Below are positions 20,760 through 35,309 of a stretch of 64,000 nt of DNA, in pieces. Every line of letters begins with the position of its first letter. Within the stretch, counting starts at the first letter, position 1. The stretch spans positions 16,730,357 through 16,794,356 of the forward strand of contig OZ316892.1 of assembly GCA_973895155.1 (NCBI GenBank), written 5' to 3'. Under the pieces are notes generated by a model. That model worked only from the letters and a program-made list of their open reading frames with translations, was not told the origin of the DNA and did not search any database. The translations under genes and the position numbers were made by a program. The DNA is from Marsupella aquatica. Lineage: Eukaryota > Plantae > Marchantiophyta.

Positions 20760-23700
20760 TCTCATTAATGATCTAAACAATTCCTCTTACATGGTCTCTC
20801 CTTCAAGGACGGCTAACAGAGGGGGGGAAATCTCATAATCCCAGGCGAGGTTGGCAAGGAGGTAGTGGTTACAAACTATCCATAGAAATAAAATAAAAAG
20901 TACAAGGGGGCCTTACAAACAAGGGGAGGGCAAGGGATGGGTTACAGGAGAGAACAAAGTGAATGATTAGATAAGTCCATCAAATGTATCAGAGTTTAAA
21001 GGTTAAGTGTGCTGGAATCCATGGACTGTCTCTAATTCCCATGAGTTTGCGAGCGTAACACTTGACATTCTTTGTTCACTTAACACTTTGAGATTTTTCG
21101 ACTTGACAAGGCTGGTGGTCATGTGTAGGATAACCCATCCCCAAGAGGGGTAGAAAGATGTAATCCCCAATTGCGTTAAGCCTGATGGGGTTACACACTG
21201 TTATCCCCAAGTGAAGATAAATTACCGAGTGTAAATCCCAAGTAATTTTTTAAAATATCACCTCACTATTATACTGCAGAACTGTCACGCGAATTGTTTG
21301 CCACTTTGCGCCTTACCTGTATTCTCATTCAAAATTTAGAATTTCCAGGCCAGGCTGCTACAGGGGTTCCATGCCTCATAATCATCTATAGAATGCAAAT
21401 ACTAAAATACACCAGGGGTTTAGAAAACTTGGAACCCTCTGGCCAGGCTGACTAGGGGGTTACCGTGGGGAGGTAAGACAAGGCTTGTGAGATCAGGGGG
21501 AAATGAGAATAAGAAAAGACCAGGGGCATAAGTCAAAATCTTAGAGTTATACAGGGTTAAAGAACAAGGAATGGGTGGGTGGGTGGGGGAAGATAGATGG
21601 GGAGCTAAAGGGACGGTAAATTTGATGGGAAAGAGATGGGATTTTTTTTTCAAATCTTGAGTCATACGGGTCAGGATATGAGCGAAGGACAAGGGAGGGG
21701 GAGGGGAGGCAAGTGGAAGGGAGGGAAATGGGAAGAGAAAAAAGAGAAAAAAGAGAAAAAAGAGAAAAAAGAAAAGGGAACAAACAAAGGAGGGAGAAGG
21801 GGAGGGGGGTCTGGTTCACTTTAATATAAGAGACTTTAATGTTAGAGAACAGGGGGAGGAAGGTTGAGGGGAGGGAACATGAGATAAGGAAAATGGAGCA
21901 GAAGATGGATGGAGAAGTTAACCAAGGTGGTGTCTGTCTCACTACAATATAGGACAGTTGCAAGCCAAACAATGAGGGGAGGGTGGCGGACGTTGGTATA
22001 TATTGTTCTAGCATAACTATCGGTGAGTTTAGAGGAAAACACATCCCAAGCCCGTCTGGCAGTTTCAGCCTAATTGCCTAATTGGATCTTGAGTAGTTCA
22101 ACTGAGGGAAAACGCTTGACTCGCCCTGGATCCGTTCCTAAACAGCAGTCAATTCACACAATTTGATCACATCCTGTATAACTCTATTTTAATACAACTA
22201 TTAAAATGGATCCCTCGCAAAAATGATGAAAGATCCTAAGCGTCAAATTAAGTATACCAAATTTCTCAGAGTCATCAAGTTAGCCATCATGCTCAGATCT
22301 ATTTCCCGTCTTTCAAGACAAGCTTTTACTTAGGCTTACAAAATTACAAGAAGGGTCCACCCTAAGCTTTCCAAGGTCCCTCCCAAAACCCCAGTGGGTC
22401 AAGGGTCAGGATACTCACGCCATGTGTAGGGTTTACTCCCATTGCTTTCTGGCTCACATTGAACAAATCTTCTACGATTCCTTACAGATACATGCCCTAA
22501 ATTTCAAGCGATTGTTTCCTTTGCTCTTTTATTAGCCTGGCTGTTAGCAATTAGGCCATTTTGTGCCCTGAGTATGGAGGGAATCTCTAACCAACACTCA
22601 AGCTAAACAGGCCAACAGTGTCTGGTGTAGTTTGTGCACTAGACTATTGAGGTCAAAACACGACAGGAAGGGAATTTGCCTTAATTTAGGAGTGAAATGT
22701 GAAGCAAACTTTATAAAAATTTGAAAAACTTGTGTGGAGGTGGTTAGCAAGGCACAAGATGCTTTATTAGGGGGCGTATTTGGGCATGAAGCTTTTCAAG
22801 CAAAGTGAGAAACATTGCATGAGGATATAAAGATTTATGTATTCAGGTACAGTTTTTAAACAAGTTTCTAGTCAGAGGTGGGGTGCATGGTAATTCACAA
22901 GGCTTTTTCACAGCTGACGAGTAAAATAGTATGGAAGGATTTCATTGGAAATATTTCTAGGGAAGCTTCCACTGATTTAGCTAGAAAAGCATCAAAGTTG
23001 AGTAATGGATGGACATTGTTGTACAAGGCCCATTTGGTGGGTTGAAACTGAGAGGTGGAACACAAAGAAAAGGGAGGGCAACCTTGAGAGTGAGGGGGGC
23101 TCCTACAACAATCATGCTTAAGTAGCATTTTGGGTGGACTCCATGCTCTTCAGCTCATGCAGATTCCAAATGTTGACATATTGTCCATGCCATTTACCTA
23201 TTGAGCCACAAACTTGAGTGTTATGAGTGTCTAATTTGAATTGAACAGTAGAGATAATTGAGCTTTAAGCTTGGATGGGACCCCTTTTGCCAAACCTCCT
23301 ACTCACATAGCTTTTAAGCTTCTATGTAATCTTCAGAAATGGAAATAAAACTAGGATGACATGCATGTACAGTCAAACGATCAATTTTCAGGAATAGTGT
23401 ATTTTGGAATCCCATCCAAAAATAAATGTGTTGGATGCAGATCCCATCCTAAGTTATAACTAAAAGATGAGTTGAATCCTCCAAAATGTATTCAGGTGCA
23501 ATTGATAGAATATGAGTTACTGTTTGTGTATTTGCTTACCTTTTAGTCTTCCTACAATTTTAGTGAGTGTTGGAGCATCTCCAATGGTAGTGTCAAATGT
23601 ACCTTTACAAAGAGCATATGGGTTTTGATTTTGGAGGGATGGCTTCCCAACAGTGGCCCCAATCCCTAAAGAAATGGCAGCCAGTCTCCATTTTCACAGC

Positions 23701-23950
23701 CCCTTACTTCCATATTTGGTAGAAATGGCAGCCAGGAGAGAGACCTCTATCCTGACCTCTATTCCATCTATATCAGGGATTCCACCACATGTCACAAAAT
23801 CCTGGATATGCTTGAACTTAGGCATGATATGACAACACATCATCTTGGAGGGATAGAGGCCAAAGAAAGCAGGGAATGGCTGGTGACTGAATTCAATATG
23901 AGGGCTTTTTTTTAACTTTTTGGCCTCCAAATGATGGGCTACATTTTGAG
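20760..23950. mobile_element. Cluster of decayed L1-type LINE ORF2 fragments
   Basis: Frameshifted, stop-ridden remnants resembling the post-RT/zf-RVT region (e.g. IMRHGTPVAAWP on minus near 21350; FHIW*KW on plus near 23710). Confidence 0.4.
21735..21771. repeat. (GAGAAAAAA)n 9-bp minisatellite
   Basis: About four copies visible. Confidence 0.9.
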
Positions 23951-24699
23951 TTTAGAGGTCATTGACCCCTTAACCGCTGGAGTTGCTCTTACTTGGTATG
24001 TAGTGTAACTAGCGCTAAACTGTGCACTAACACCAATCACACTGTGGGGGATACGATAAAATAATGTAAGGCATGTAATTTAGGACAGCTATTTTTTGGA
24101 GCATTTCAATACTTAATGGGCATGCAAAATAGAGACACCAATTCTATCTCATGTACACTTAAAATTTCATTGCTATGTTATGAGTGTTAGTAAGGAGGAT
24201 TGGAATAACCAAGTATGCATGCTTACACAAGGCTCTTAATTAATTACCAGCCCTCCAGTCACTTTGGTTTAATTAACCATGCAAAAAAGAAACAGCACAG
24301 CATTGTTTGAACCACAGTTCCCATGTAAAGTACTAATCTGGGTGCATACTGGAAGACCACCTTAGCATATGCAAAGTATTTTGAGATCCATGGGAGTTCA
24401 ACGTTCCACCCATGCCTGGCCTAGGACTCAAATGACATCTTTGAAATCATGTATTTTGACCAAGATAGCATATATTTATACTGAAGCTACTCAACTTCAT
24501 CCACCAAATATTCTGAAATCCATGGGAGTTCGATGGTTGAAGTCAAGGTCCATTAAGATTAAGAATAATTAGGAAGAGATGTAAGTATACATAAGATCTA
24601 TGAATATATGTAGTGTGATCAACAAACCATCTAAGCTTACAACTAAAAAACAACAGCAGAGAAGAAAAATTAATAATAAGGAGTTAGAAGGATCCGTGA

Positions 24700-24948
24700 G
24701 AAAAGGAGGGCAGCCAGCACAAGCAACATCTTTTGAGATCCGTTTTGAGATCAAAGGTTGAAATCAACTTCCCATCCAAGCTTACGACTCTAAGAAACAA
24801 AAGATGAGGGAAGCTAGAAAAAATGACTCGGAAAGGGTACCCAAGAAAAGGAAGGCAGCCATCAAAAGCAACATCCTTTTAGATGCATGGGTGTTCAAAG
24901 GTTGAAATCAACATCCTATCCAACCCTAAGACTCAGGAAACAAAAAGA
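24700..24948. repeat. ~145-bp period degenerate direct repeat
   Basis: GAAAAGGA.GGCAGCCA...AAAGGTTGAAATCAAC at ~24700 and ~24845. Confidence 0.8.
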
Positions 24949-26759
24949 AAAACAAAATTAATTAGAATGTGTTGGAAGGATGTGCGAGAAAAAGGAAGGA
25001 AGGCAGGCAGGCAGGCAGCAAAAGCAAAGGTGGTGTGGAGTCTGGACACACTTCCCTTCCATCCATCCATGCATCTCGTGTTGGAGCAAAGAGAGGCAGG
25101 CATTGTTGGTTAGCTTTGGTCCTCTCCTTCCTTGGCGGTGTGCGAGAGAATATTATGCTAATCCCCTGGTCCCTGGTGGCCACTCTGCCCACGAAATGTG
25201 GGCCGTTCCGACATGTTTATTTATTATTTATTAATCTAATGTAGGTTGGCTGCAGCAGGGCGAGCTTTTTCGCCATAACTGCGCTGGGTTCTGAGCGTTT
25301 TTTTGGGTGGCGAAAATTCTATTCTCCATATTTCACTTTACGTAAAGTCTTGGCCACTTTTGGCCAGGCTTTTTGTCAAGGATTAACCAGTTCTCCACGT
25401 AAGCGCAGACCCCATTAGCCTTGAATCTAGGGAGATCCAATGGCCGGAAATTAATTTAAGAAGTCTTCATGTAGATAATATTCTTAATATCCTCTCCGTG
25501 TGTGACAGGGAAGGACTAACCTACATTTAATTACCTATTTATAGCATTGGCCGCCTTGGTGAAAACAGAGACAAGCTCAGAAATTACCCTGAGCTGAGGT
25601 CAGGGAAGGAGGGGAGAGGAAGAGTTGTCTAAAATGGCAAAAAATTAATAGATTCCATCTCCCTTAAAAGTCTTCATCAGTGTTAGGCCAAAATTACCTA
25701 TGATGTCTTACTTTTGTTTCCATTATCATGTTTGTCAGCTACTGTAGCCATAAACCCCCATTAGCCTGAATATGAGAGTGAGAATTAAGGATCAGAGAGT
25801 AATCTAAAAAAACAGCATCTTTAAAAGTTGACATCGGCGGAAAAGGGAAAACCTTAAAAATTACCCTTGTCGTGACTGCCGAGGGCAAGCGACGCCGCAT
25901 GAGGAAGAAAAAGGTATCGTAGGTGCACAGAATTAAGGTGAACCCCCAACCGAGTCCAGCCATGACATTGCTTACTTAATAATTGTTCCATCCAAAAAGC
26001 AACTTTAAGCACGCCAAGCGCCCAATCTTCTGCTCATCTTGGTAGGACCCAAAACTTTATCCATCTTAGAAGTGTGTGTCATTAGAATCCATGCAATGAG
26101 CCAAACCACTTTTGGTTTTGGGGCATTGGATGTCTGACATGGTGTTGACACATCGTGCCTTGTGCATACACACAGAGACTGTAGGTCACTCTCGAGGTTT
26201 CTTGCAGTGGAATCCCTGTTCAAATAGTCCAAATATATGGGGCACTCGACAATAAACTCAATGTTGTTGAGAAACAAGTAACTAATGGACTAATTTTCTA
26301 AAAATGGGCCAAACAAAGTACAATGGAATAAAAGCAAAAGATTTTCACAGAGTACAAACAAGAAACAAGGTTTGTGTTGAGAAACCTGGTTTTTTTGTTT
26401 TCTCTGAAGGAGGGAGCATTGCCTAGGAGAGCAAGCGGCGTAACTGGATGGTTCACTGGATGGTTCTCTAGTGAGGGCAAAATATTGCAAATTTATTTGC
26501 AAAGGAAAAAAAGCATGGTTGCCACTACTTCCAGAGCAACACAACACACAACAATCCCAGCCTAGAAAGAAAAACCCTCACCAAAATAGGTTGAAGGACA
26601 AAACAGCAAAAGATCACTATTTAAGCAAGGTCAGCATGACTCAGGGAACTCATTGCAATACATTTCTCATTAGACATAAACAATTAGGTCTAGAGTTACT
26701 ATACAATGGCAATAAGTTTAACCATAATCAATTGTGTGGTTAAGGTTAGATGTGCTACT

Positions 26760-26960
26760 ACTATATTTGCTAACAAAATTTGTTGTTACAAAGCCAGTTG
26801 AGAGATAGAGGGAGCTTAGTCTGTGGAGACCCAGTATAGCTAACATATTTAAATTTTAGTAAAATTCTCTTGTATATTTTTTATAGACAAAACCTTTGGT
26901 GAGGTGAACTATGTATCTCTTGTGTAGATTATTTGTGTGTTGGTTTGATATTGCACATGT
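26760..26960 (+). mobile_element. Second, more decayed LTR-like remnant
   Basis: GGTGAACTATGTATCTCTTGTG resembles the motif at 20208. Confidence 0.35.
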
Positions 26961-27129
26961 GCATATAGTCTTATGAGTAACAATTATTTATTCGACATCT
27001 CTAAGCACATTGAATCCTAACTTGATGGGGTACCATTCTTATTCTGTGCTCACTGCCATCAATATAGATAACCATAATCTGAATACAACTAATTTGAAAG
27101 AAACGCTGCAAGCCGATGAGAATGTTTTC

Positions 27130-27760
27130 ACAAACCCCAAAACACAAATTATTGCACAGGTCCAGGTCCAAGTGAAGCTAAGGATAGTGTGCCACAAGCT
27201 AGATCATCGTAGTTGTCAATCTTCGGCTCACGTGGACTTTGACAATTGCACCTGTGTAATGATCAAGAGAGTGAGAAATGATGTACCAAGATTGATCCAG
27301 TTTAACCTCAGCTGTAAGCTTGGATGAGATCTCCACCCCAAACCATTTACTCAAGGAGTTTTCTGCACTTCCGTGACACCCTTCAAAAGTGTTAGTTTTG
27401 ACTGTGATGGAATGGATTTAGAGTGAAAGGCTAGAAGTACAGGAGTGTTTTGGGATCCTATGCAAGTTCAAAGGTTTGGAAGTAGAATCCATTTGAGCTC
27501 ATAACCAAAGATCTCCAACACCTTTCAGGAAAACCCCATGTTTGCAAGGTTGTCTAGATTTGAAGTAAGTTTCTCACCAACCATAGTCCACAGGCTATCA
27601 AACTCAAACTGGGTGGGTTTGTGTTGCAAGTTCTAGGCAATCATGCCATGTTTCACATCTTCAAAAGGCATAAGTTGCAATAGGCCTTTGCAAGGCAGGG
27701 AAGGTCTATTGCTAGCCAAGGTAGGATGGCCTATGCAGCAAGTTTTGAACCCCCAGCCTA
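27130..27760 (-). mobile_element. Decayed L1-type RT C-terminal fragment
   Basis: Remnants KVLEIFGYELKW and KWFGVEIS (cf. KYLG.PI) with stops and frameshifts. Confidence 0.35.
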
Positions 27761-30700
27761 GGCCTAATGCACTAACTATTGTTTGAAACTGACACATTTT
27801 TAGACCAAGACTAAATGCATTTTTAAGGAATATAGAATTATCTTGATTTCTAAATTAGATTACATATAGAAAAACCATTGAGTAGATATAGAGCATATCT
27901 ACTGGGATTTGTGGGTGAGCCCTTAAACAGCAAGTTTGGAGATTTCAGGGGGGAAGTTGCCCTTTTGGATCTCCACCTCAGCCCCAACCTCTAATATGTT
28001 GTAATTTTTAGGCCTTTTTATAGTTCTATATCTGACTCTCCAAAAACAGACTACCAGTGCCTTGCAAAATAAGGGGAGTATCACACCATGCACCTGGAAA
28101 TGCAGTTCATTATGAGAACTGAGAGGGAGTGTGGTAGCAAATGATGACAGACTTAGAGACCCCTCTACTTTTGTGGGCACAAGTCATACCATCTATTTGG
28201 CAGGATGGCAAATCACCATGGCCCCCTAATCTGCTTGAGATGTACAAAGCAACTCAATATAGCAAGTATGTTTGAGTATAGGCTCTAGTTTATATTGCTT
28301 TGTTATGGCCTCCGATTATTTTTTGGTGCTTTGGCCTCATATTTTTCTGGACAAAGAAGTCAAATAGAAGGGAGAACAGACACTGTTTCTTTTCTTTTTG
28401 TCATGAAGAGACACATAAACTTCTTGTGGCAAGATAATAAGACTTACCTTCAACCAAGACATGGTGGGATTAAAGCTCTTCCAAGCAAGGGTAAGAGATG
28501 GAGGTGATGTTGTTAGGATGGTGTTGTCCCTTGCAAAACTGTGTAATCCAAAGGGGTCTTTTAGCAAGCTTAACTGCAGTTTTGTGAGAAAGAAGTTGTT
28601 GTTTAGAATTATCCCAGATTTTTTCTTATCATGCATACTTTCTGTGTGTTTGCTTACTTTCCTTTGGACGTAAAGCAACTGGAACTATGCTTTCGAAATC
28701 AATGTTACCAAAACAACCGCTGTACGCGACTCTATCACGGATCCACTGATGGGTACCCTGCCGGTTCCCTGTTCACTGGCCGGTCTTTGGGGGTTTTGCT
28801 GCTCCTTCTGCAGTTGTTAAATTTCTTGTTTAGTTCCTGTTCTGGGATTGCTTCTTCCCTGGTGCCGCCCCCCCCCCCCCACTTTTGTGGCTTAATGACC
28901 TCCGGGTCCACCTGGGTGCCGACCCCCTTTGTGGGCCACCCCCTTTGTATGTTGGCTTTTCCAATGAATTTCAATTGGTTTTTTCAAGGGAAAAAACAAC
29001 AACTGCTGTACTGTACTTGGTTGTCACATCAGTACCCTTCCGATGATGTTTTATCAACTTAAAAAACTAATGGCAGTGTTTGCATCAAGATCCATAGAAT
29101 ATTCTTAAAACTTACATCACAAAATTCTTATGATGTTTTATAAGCACTTCTCAAATATTTTGTCAATCAGTTCAAACATTCCAAAATTACAATGATTATT
29201 ATTCTTTGCCCAAACGGGGATGGCACTCCGGTAACGACCATTTCAGTCACCCCATGCGCTTGGAGCATCGAACAAAGGTCTTGTGCGGCCCCACTACTCG
29301 AATACCTTATTATATAGCCTCACAACCATCATGATTGTTAGGACACAGAATGTTTGCCGTTCCCAGTATTTTGTTCGGATAGGAGGTCACTCAGAGTTTT
29401 GAGTTATTTTTCTCTCTCCTGGAGCCTGAAATCATGACTGAATTTTTATTGTTTTTCTCCATCGTGGAGCCTGAAATCATGACGGTCTACAGGAAACACA
29501 ACAGCAGCAAACCCAGTTTCCATTCGTCGTTACGCACAAAAGGGGAACAAAACAGTAGCTACACCACAATGATTTGTCTATCAATCGTCACTGTGTACAT
29601 GTAAGGCTACAAGTCAACTTCCTGCTCCAATTGTGACTGCGAAACTCTGGCAAAAGACTCCAATAATTCCTCCTCTTGTAAGTTTCCAATGTTGCACTCT
29701 CCTTATTTTATTGCTATTTTAACTTTTCCCGAAATAATTCCTGTTTTTTGGTTCACTTTCGCCTGGTACGACCATCTTGCGCAGAAAACTCTGGTGGTGC
29801 ACTTCTCCGTCTACCAATGTACTGCCAAGGTACTCTAGGGTCATGAGAGTCTAGACATTATTTGCCCCAGTAAACTTTGGAGTGGGATAATCTAATATTA
29901 CTTAGCATCATCCTTGCAGTGGCGTACCAGACATCAGACCTCATGGACGACTCGTCGCGAGCTGCTGTACCAGATCTTCGTCCTGAATTGCAGGCCTGTT
30001 ATCTTTGATTTGAACGATCATTATTACCATCCAATAAACAAAAGATATGTCATACTCGTTAACCAATCAGGTCAACTTAATTCACCAACCCAAACATCTA
30101 TGGGGACATTATCGATCAAGATTCCCAATCAAAATATTTCCTTGCATAGCAAAGGTCATGATGAGCAACACCACATTCCAAGTCCCTCCACACTCACTAG
30201 AGTTGACTTTGACCCCAACTCAACCTAGAGTAGGTAGATATTACATGTAACATGCAACTTATCTCTACGGGTATACTTCTTGCAAACAAAACAGGCCAGT
30301 ATCGTTGAAAACTACTTTCCTTTAATGGTAGTAAGAAGACATATTATTCTCCGACTTGCTCCTTTTCATCCACTTCAACGTAGAATAGACCAGATGGAGG
30401 AGGAGATGTGGGGATTGCTGCCCCCACTGTAACTCGTCTCTCTAATTCTTTAGAGGTAGGCTTTTGAAACCAACAACCACCAATATTAGCAAGAAAGGCA
30501 CCGGCCAACCAACCAGGGAAATGGAAGTCAAGGAAGGACCCGACCAAGCTAACCAGGCACGAAATCTGGAGGATGAATAGAAGGCAAGATTCAGCACAGA
30601 AACACAAGCCAGTGGAAATTCCATCACAAAACGGCAGTCTATATGTCTATGAATCTCCCTCGTGTGGATCAGAACTTTAGAGTCCCTGACAAGCACTTTA

Positions 30701-32337
30701 AGGGAGTATCCCGATACACGAGTACTTTACAGGGGGAAATATTCATTGCTCGTGAAGTTATATTCAGTATCAAAGGGGAAAACTTACACTTCTCCACCTG
30801 CCTGTGATGAGGCTTTAGTCACTCCATTTTAAAACCACAACTGCAACTATTCATTTGCCTGGATGAACAGTAGACCCTGCACGCCCTCCCACACTAAACA
30901 AGTTTTTTTGGAGGTTTCTTCAAAAGTATTATGAATGTTTTAATACAAATTTTTATGGGACATTGATCTCACCGAGATATACATTTTGAGACGTGGATCG
31001 TCCCTAATGGTGAACTAAGGAGATGACACCAATTCTCAAGATTTCCCATGGCATTCTTGCCACATCATTGGCCTGAACCCAAGCAGCCTATTGGGGACAC
31101 AAACTTAGTTTCAAAAACAATGGAGTTCACTCTTTTCTTTTTGCCTCTAAAAACAATGATGTTCTTGTTCTGTCCTTAGGACTGTTTCCTCGGGTTGTGG
31201 TAAGTGCACATCAAATAGTAGTAGACAGATAAGTAGATTAGTAGAAGGAACAACTCTCAGATGTATTAAAAAAATCAGATATATGGTGGTATGAAATATC
31301 TGTTCGGTATGCACTTGGTATGTAACAAAGTACAACGTCATTTGATCTGCGATTACCTCCAGGCTTGTAACTCTGTGGGCCAGGCCTAGTATTGTGTGGT
31401 TTTTTGGTGGCCATTGTCTCGTGTTTGTACCCTTGATACTTTAATAGTTTCATAGCTCATCCTTTCCCTTTATATTTAGAATATTGGAGAATGCTACTGC
31501 AACTCATTCCATTGCAATGATGGGCCAGCTATTTACTGACAATATAAACTGTTAGTTTATGACCGGGGCTGACTGAATGTATTCGTATTTGAATAGGGAA
31601 TAGGGTATGTCCGATTTTATAATAGGTCTTCTCAGATATGTCAACAAGAGAACCTTGAAATGTCAGATTGTACTTGAAGGATACAACCTTGTTGTTGGTA
31701 CTCGAGTGTAATAGGTTGCAAAGTTGTGCTTAGGGGGCATCATGATTACCTCTCTTGCACTTTTAGACAAAGATTTTTTGGGTGGGTATTTTGCTTATCA
31801 GTAGACAGCCGTGAGGTAGATGCTTTATTTGGGCTGCATGAACTCGGGTTGGGGGCGTGGCCTTTTGTGTGGTGTCACTTTCTTCCTGGAGCATCGATCT
31901 CATGATTGTCATGAGAACGACGACGACGTATGTACATACAACTCCTTAATTAAGGAACACACGAGAGCTTTCCTTTCTTCCCACAAAGATTTGGCTGGTG
32001 TTTGGCATGCTCTTCGTCATCATGGTTTTGGTGGTAGCTATCTGGCTTCTTTGGTTGGGATTGAATGTTCCACTCAGGGTGCCATACTCTCAAGGCTCTC
32101 TCCTGGGAATCAATGTTCCCCAAGGAGTTGGAACCCCTGCATACCCACATGGAATCAATGTCCAGCTCAACCCAGCAACACTACAGAAATAGAGTAGTAA
32201 TAATTCCCCCCTTGGTGTGCTGCCTTGTTGTATTGTGTGTCCTTCAATGTTCATTATCGGGTATCTTTCAGGAAGAAATAGAATAGTAATAATGAGTATC
32301 ACTAAGCACCCCCAGAAAAGGCTCATCGTATCTTAGA

Positions 32338-32463
32338 TCATAATGCAGTCTGATGGATCCTATCCTATCCTTGCACAATTCATAATGCCATCTCGTGGAT
32401 CCTATCCATTTGTCGTATCATTTCAGAAATTCATAATGCCATCTCCAGGATCCATTCCATTTC
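32338..32463. repeat. Three degenerate ~45-50 bp tandem units
   Basis: TCATAATGC...GGATCC.(A/T)TCC repeated three times. Confidence 0.8.
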
Positions 32464-33589
32464 CCTTCTCCTTCAGCAATTTTATTTTATACTTTTAGTC
32501 TTAAAAACGATCATTCCACAAATTAGAGAATCGCACGTGTGAGTCTATAACGCCCAATTGACTTCCCTTACTGTCAATCTCAGGGTCGGTTGCTTCACAC
32601 TAAGTGGGGGGTACTTGTGACTTCTTCCCACCCAAACAAACTGGAGGGTCCCTGCCTTCTCTTCTTATGAGAGATAATTTAGTGGACCTTCTCACAAAAA
32701 CTTGTCTCTTTATGGACCTAAACTTGCACATTCTCTCCAGTCAGCCCTATCTTCCATGGTCTCTCCCACTAGACCGCCAGGCCCACTCAGTGTAGCCATA
32801 GCCCCTAGGCATCCCAGCTTATTGAACACATGGTGCCTATTGTAATCAAGCTACAAAGGAAGAGGTATCATGCCGCATTGGAGCATGCCAGGGCCATAGC
32901 AGTCCTACCTCCCAACCCGTTTGAATACATTTTGCCAATTGCATTCAAACTAACAGAAATAAATTTATGGCAGCCCAAGATGGTCGCATTGGAGCATGCA
33001 AGCGCCATTGCTCCCAAGCTCCCTCTCTGGTGCATACAATGTGCATATTGTGTACATATTATTAAGAAAATATGTAATTCAAATGTGTCCGCCCTTTATG
33101 AAAACCCCTAAAAACCAATTTTGTTTCTCATTGTGTTTATTTTAATTTCATTCATGTTTATTGTGTTGTCTTGTTATTGTTCCTTAGGCTCGTTCATGTT
33201 TGTGTTACTCCTGAAGATAGCTATGACTACCCTTGATGATGTGTGAACTGCAATGAAAGATGGGTTGGTCCACAAATACATTAACTGGATGTCTTCCATG
33301 CCTAAGACCCCCCCCCCCGCCTCCAGAAGTACTCTACACATTAGGGGAGTGGAAACACTCACAACCATGCCGTGCGGATCTCATGCGCAGAAATGCACAT
33401 CAAAAACCCTTGAGTAAAGCATTTTGGTGTGTCAAACTCAGCTTAGAGTGAATACATTGGGCAATATGTATTTGATTAAATTGATGATATCGCATATCCA
33501 TTTTGATTTTACAATCCCTAAGGGGAGGTTTGACTTAAACTCCTATCACACCTCTAGTTATTTGTAGACACTATGGCCAATTTATACAA

Positions 33590-34560
33590 ATTCTAACTAC
33601 CATGCACCACTTCCTGTTGGGCTGCATGGCAAGCAGCTCCTTCTACATTGAGTTTGTCCTCAATTGCATTTGGCAACACATTAGGGCACCCAACAATGGT
33701 ACAATCCTCGGTCCTACAATAGAGTTCTTGTGTTATATGGACTGAAAATCTCATTGTAAGAACTTCTGACACAATATGGTATTTTGGTGGACCTGGAGGC
33801 CCAATGGGAAAGAAGACAAAAACTTTGGTCCATAAGGAAACAAATTTTTGTGAGAGTGGTGGACCTAGCCACCAAGCAGCTTCACCAACCCTAGTGCTCT
33901 TGCCTAAGTACCCTGGGTGCCCCAAATCCTCCACAAAACTCTACTAGCAAACAACTTGGTGCCTCTACCAACGCTTGTGGAAACTCCCATACAAAGCCGC
34001 ACTTGCTCCTCAGCATGATGTCGTTCAACGGCCCCTACTGTTTGCACAAGTAACCAAACCAATTAGTAAGTAGTTACCCGCCTTGATCTCGGATACCAAG
34101 ACCATTGTTTTGACTCAGGTTCAACAGTTGCTAGTAAGTAGGTCAGCAAGTAGAGTCTCCCAGACCGGCGTGGCCTTGCCTTAAGTTGAAACTAATGTCA
34201 ACACCCATTGTTCGTACAGAACAGTCCCTCTACTGTGTACAGGCCAAGCTTCCCCATTTTTTGTCCGTCACTGGCTAACCGCCCTGCCTTTAGGACATGC
34301 CCATGGCCGAAACTAAAAAGTCTATCCCAAACGCCGGGACCAATTCAGCCCCAAGTCTAGCAACTATCTCCATGACTCTAACTCAACCCAAAGTCCAAGA
34401 GAAAAATGCACTTGGACCTCAACACCCATACCTACTTTGCATTGTCTCCCCAACGCAACCTCATGTGGGAAACTGAATGCGGCTTGGCCGCTATTTTGGC
34501 AGGATTGGCAAGCGGGCGAGATCATTCATCTTTAGAGTCTCCAACAACAACAATTTTGGG
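33590..34560 (+). mobile_element. Decayed L1 LINE ORF2 3' region
   Basis: Remnant F..GG...GKKTKTLV...CESGG (cf. FLWGG...LV.W..IC.PK..GGLG); visibly homologous to the reverse complement of 47430-48000. Confidence 0.6.
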
Positions 34561-35309
34561 TGAGCTCAAAGCCACCACCACGCAACCACCAACTCAACAC
34601 TTTTACACACCTCCACACATGTTATTAGTAAACAAACATCTCCATATGTTGGGGGAAAAGTAATGATGTTGGATTAACTTACTCTCTACTTTTAGAGCAT
34701 CTGGTGATTCTCCTTGTCCTACAAATCCAAGTCCAAGTAGTTACAAACAAAGGATGACAATGAGCAAACTTGAAGTCATTTGCAACGACTGTTGGTTTCC
34801 TTTCTCATTCTATGTTCTTATCCTTGTTTTTTTAGACATTATTGTACTTGATCTGTATGACAGTTTCTATTTGTTCACACTTAGACATACCTGGAGTGCA
34901 CAAGCATAACCAGGTCCTTGCTCATCAAAAACTATAACAAGGTGTTGCACCTTTTTATGCAGTGGTAGTCATTCAAAATTGCAGTGCCGAAAAATCAAGT
35001 CTGTACTCAATAAACAAAAGGGCTGGAAGCCTTTTTACACAAATTGAATCGTCATTCAATGCTAATAAACAAAGTAATCAATAAACAAAAGGCATAAACC
35101 AAGAGTGAATTAAATATAGCCTGTGTCAATAGGGCTGGAAACCTTTTCATACAAAAATGGATAGTCATTCAAAGTTGCAGTGCCTTCACTATAATACCAT
35201 ATCCTATGGAAATAGTACATTGATATACTCAAGAAAAAATGGGAACCAATCCTAGCCATTCATTCATAATTTGTTTTTATGGACTAGTTTCATCCATCCA
35301 TACACATAA

